The position numbers and the translations under genes were made by a program. A DNA stretch of 64,000 bases from Octopus sinensis. Lineage: Eukaryota. Below, piece after piece: positions 61,139 to 64,000 of the stretch (positions are counted from its first letter, which is position 1; each line of letters starts with the position of its first letter). Under the pieces are notes generated by a model that was not told the origin of the DNA, made no database searches, and was given only the letters and a program-made list of their open reading frames with translations. The stretch is from positions 150,412,001 to 150,476,000 of the forward strand of contig NC_043000.1 of the NCBI RefSeq assembly GCF_006345805.1. Reading direction: 5' to 3'.

Positions 61139-63584
61139 CTAAGAATAAAAACAAGGAAATTTTTTTTGTAAAGCTTGAAAAGCTACTTAAATAGTGTTAG
61201 AATTGCTTTTTATTTGGTCTTATTTTGGAACAGAAATTGTAATTATATAACAAAGTAACGATTATAAATTATTGCATAGTAAATCTAAAAATGGCTTAAC
61301 CCTTTCATTACCAACTCGGCTCTGAGTACAAATGTCTTCATTTCATAAGTTTTGAATTAAAATCTTCCACCAAACCTTAGTCACAATTTATGTTCCTAAC
61401 ACTGGCTGAATGATAACCAAGTTATTTTACTAAATTATTTATTATATTAACCCTTTAGTGTTCAGATTACTCTGTTAAATGTAATACCTTTTCACTCAAA
61501 TTGTTTTGAATTAGTCATGCATTATCTTATAGCTTTTGAGGTTTCAATGATGTGATTGTTTATTTTTAGAATGTCAATGTAGGTTAGGAGTGAGAGGCTA
61601 GATATCGCCAGTTTGAATATAAAACATGTAGAATATATTGGGCCGGATTTGGCCGGTTTAAACACTAAAGGGTTAAAGTAATTGAAAGAAATACAGAATA
61701 TCTCAAAATAAATACAGTAACGAAAGGGTTAATAAAATTTTTGCTGCATTTCAAATTTGAAATTCACATGTTAAGTATTCTGCAGTTCTACAAAATTTGA
61801 ATTTTAAATAACAAAACTTTTTATCATAAAATTTATGATTGTGTACTTACTATCTGTATTTATCAGAGCGGATATATTCAAATACATGTGATACACCAAT
61901 CTGAAGCTGGTCACCAATCAGGGCTACCCATGGGTTATTTTCACACCGAAAAATTTGTTTTGTTCCATATAAATCAAGTTGACCTGTAAATTATTTTTTT
62001 AAATAGAATTCTCGTGAATATATAAACGATTCATTTTATATGGCTGTTTATAATCCTCACTCTTCCATGTTTGCATGAGTTGGATGGAGTTGAGCCAGGT
62101 TATTTAATGCCAAGCAAGGTGATATTTCATCATGCTCAGAGATTTGCAGAACATGGGAAATGAAGGGACATTGATTTACAACATTTAACACTGTCGGGAC
62201 AGAGACTCAAAAACATACACAAACAAGCCTCTCTTAGTTTCAGTCCACCATATCCACTCACGAGGCTTTAGTTGGCTTCGGGTTATAATAGACACCCAAA
62301 GTGCCATGCACTGGCACTGAACCCAGAACCATGTGGTTGGGAAGCAAACTACTGTACAGACATAAGTAACTGCAAATATGATTTAGACTTAGCTCAGTAG
62401 AAATGGGTGATAAAGTACCCTCTAGTACCTACATTCGCCTCCTTATGAGAGCTCAAAATCTCTTGTGGAAGCGCCATCCAACCAAAGTACAAATATATGG
62501 GAAACTACCACCTGTGTCATCTCTTGTGAAAGGTAAGAGTTCAGTTTGCTGGACATTGTTGTAGAGCTGGAAAAGAGGTAATTTCTACTCTTCTCCTCTG
62601 GAAGCCATCTACTCGCAACACCAGACCAGAGGACGCACACTCTCCTACCCTGATGTAATCTCCAGGGATACAGGCATCCAGCAACAGGACCTCCGTAATG
62701 CCATAATGGAACGTGAGGTCTGGCGTAGCATGGTAAATTCCATTGTCTCGACCACGGTCGAACAATGATGATGATGATGACCCTCTCTAGTGAGCTGTAT
62801 TTGCTGTGTTACTTCTCTGTAAATATTACTCATAAGATAGGTATGATGGGATCTATTGATGTTTTGTTACTCTTCAGTTCATGAAGTAGCAATATTTTGC
62901 AGAGTTTATCTGAATGTGAGCAAATGCTAGAAATAATTTCACCTTTTATTTAACTTAATTGATATTAATGCTAACTTTATCAATGTGTCAATGTTTAGCT
63001 GACTAAAAGCTATACATATTAGGAAACCAAATTCAAAGTCACAATGTATATACCTAATATGACAATCTTACCTAGTTCAGGTGGTAAAGTGCTCAGCCGA
63101 TTTCCTTGAATATATAATTCCCTTACGCGTTGAAGGCTGCCTATTTCTTTTGGAAGGGTATGAAGATCATTGTCTCTTAAAGACAACTAGAAAGAAAAAA
63201 AATGTTATTGTGTCATGTCAGTTCATAAGGTTCCAAATTTGTATTAAACTTTTAATATTTGACAATTTTAAAGTTCAATAGCTTGGATTTAAGGTATATT
63301 ATCTATGATTGCTGAATGATTATTTCAGATTTAAATAATCAGCATACATAATATAACCTATAACCTAACTATTGAACAGTTATTTTCATGTTAATGTTTT
63401 GAATAATAATTCATTATCTTAATGAAGATTTAACTAGTAATTGTATATCTACTTTGTGACGTAAAAGGTTTCTATAGGAAGTAGGATTTTGCCGTACTCA
63501 CAATTTGCAAATTTTGAAACTTTCCTATCTCAGGAGGAATAAGTGTAAAATCATTGTCGCCAAGATATAAGGCACGCAGTGTTT
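61057..63584 (-). CDS. RSU1: Ras suppressor protein 1 (LRR protein), 3' part; join(63502-63584, 63072-63186, 61851-61983, 61057-61138)
   Basis: In-frame GT-AG exons give [45 protein letters not shown]-..[27 protein letters not shown], close to human RSU1 as recalled. The 5' exons lie right of the window. Confidence 0.95.
61851..61983 (-). CDS. RSU1: RSU1 exon (GQLDLYG...ENNPWV...[10 protein letters not shown])
   Basis: Acceptor AATTTACAG, donor ATA|GTAAGT, 133 nt. Confidence 0.95.
62440..62780 (+). mobile_element. Second RTE-clade family, RT C-terminus and (GAT)n tail
   Basis: Degenerate [37 protein letters not shown] followed by (GAT)n. Confidence 0.7.
63072..63186 (-). CDS. RSU1: RSU1 exon ([16 protein letters not shown]...LPPEL)
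   Basis: Acceptor TTCTTTCTAG, donor TAG|GTAAGA, 115 nt. Confidence 0.95.
63502..63584 (-). CDS. RSU1: RSU1 exon ([28 protein letters not shown])
   Basis: Acceptor TATTTACAG, donor ATT|GTGAGT, 83 nt. Confidence 0.94.
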
Positions 63585-64000
63585 CTGTAAATACAAAGCA
63601 ACAGACAATATATGCACGGAGAAAAGAGAAGAAAATCGAGTAGTGTTGGTGGATTTAAAAAAATTTTTTTTTTATATTTAACCCTCTCAATGTTTGCAAT
63701 AGTTATAAATGAAAAATAATTAAGTTTAGAACTTTTCTAAACATCATCAAATGCTAAAAACTATTACCACTGTTAAAAGTAATGGCACGGAAACAATCTT
63801 TTAATCTATATTTTGCTGTTAATAGTTTCTCAGCTAACCCCAGACATTTGATGCAAGATGAGTTGCTCCAGAGAATCCATGTCCTTCATATTGATAATTC
63901 AGAATGCTAAATTAATCATTACAATGATTGTATTTTGCTCTGGTGGCTAATTAAACACTGAATATTACAATACAAATGAACCTATTTTGAATTGAGTTTA

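Overview
Eukaryotic, AT-rich, repeat-dense genomic DNA. The SINE and RTE repeat families point to an octopod cephalopod (inference). I reconstructed three intron-containing genes by hand from GT-AG sites and protein similarity recalled from memory; the ORF track shows them only in fragments. (1) MRPL45 on the minus strand: 6 coding exons, 200 codons, ATG at 45218, remaining 3' exons not found and probably left of the window. (2) A complete BZW/eIF5-mimic (5MP) gene on the plus strand: 13 coding exons, 416 aa, 47590-59850. (3) The last 4 coding exons of RSU1 on the minus strand, stop at 61057. MRPL45 and BZW are head-to-head with very close, possibly interleaved 5' ends. BZW and RSU1 are tail-to-tail, 1.2 kb apart. 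Introns hold RTE-LINE 3' ends, several tRNA-derived SINEs, TTAA (piggyBac-type) MITEs, mariner/CR1/L1/R4 remnants and (TA)n tracts. The most interesting signals cluster on BZW: a poor-context AUG, competing 210-bp inverted repeats around a frameshifting exon, and a 96-bp tandem duplication of a splice donor that creates four potential poison micro-exons. Elsewhere there are two SINEs with 155-182 bp flanking duplications and a Penelope-type hammerhead motif. No CRISPR array, rRNA or true tRNA gene is supported. Repeat boundaries are approximate and no database search was run.
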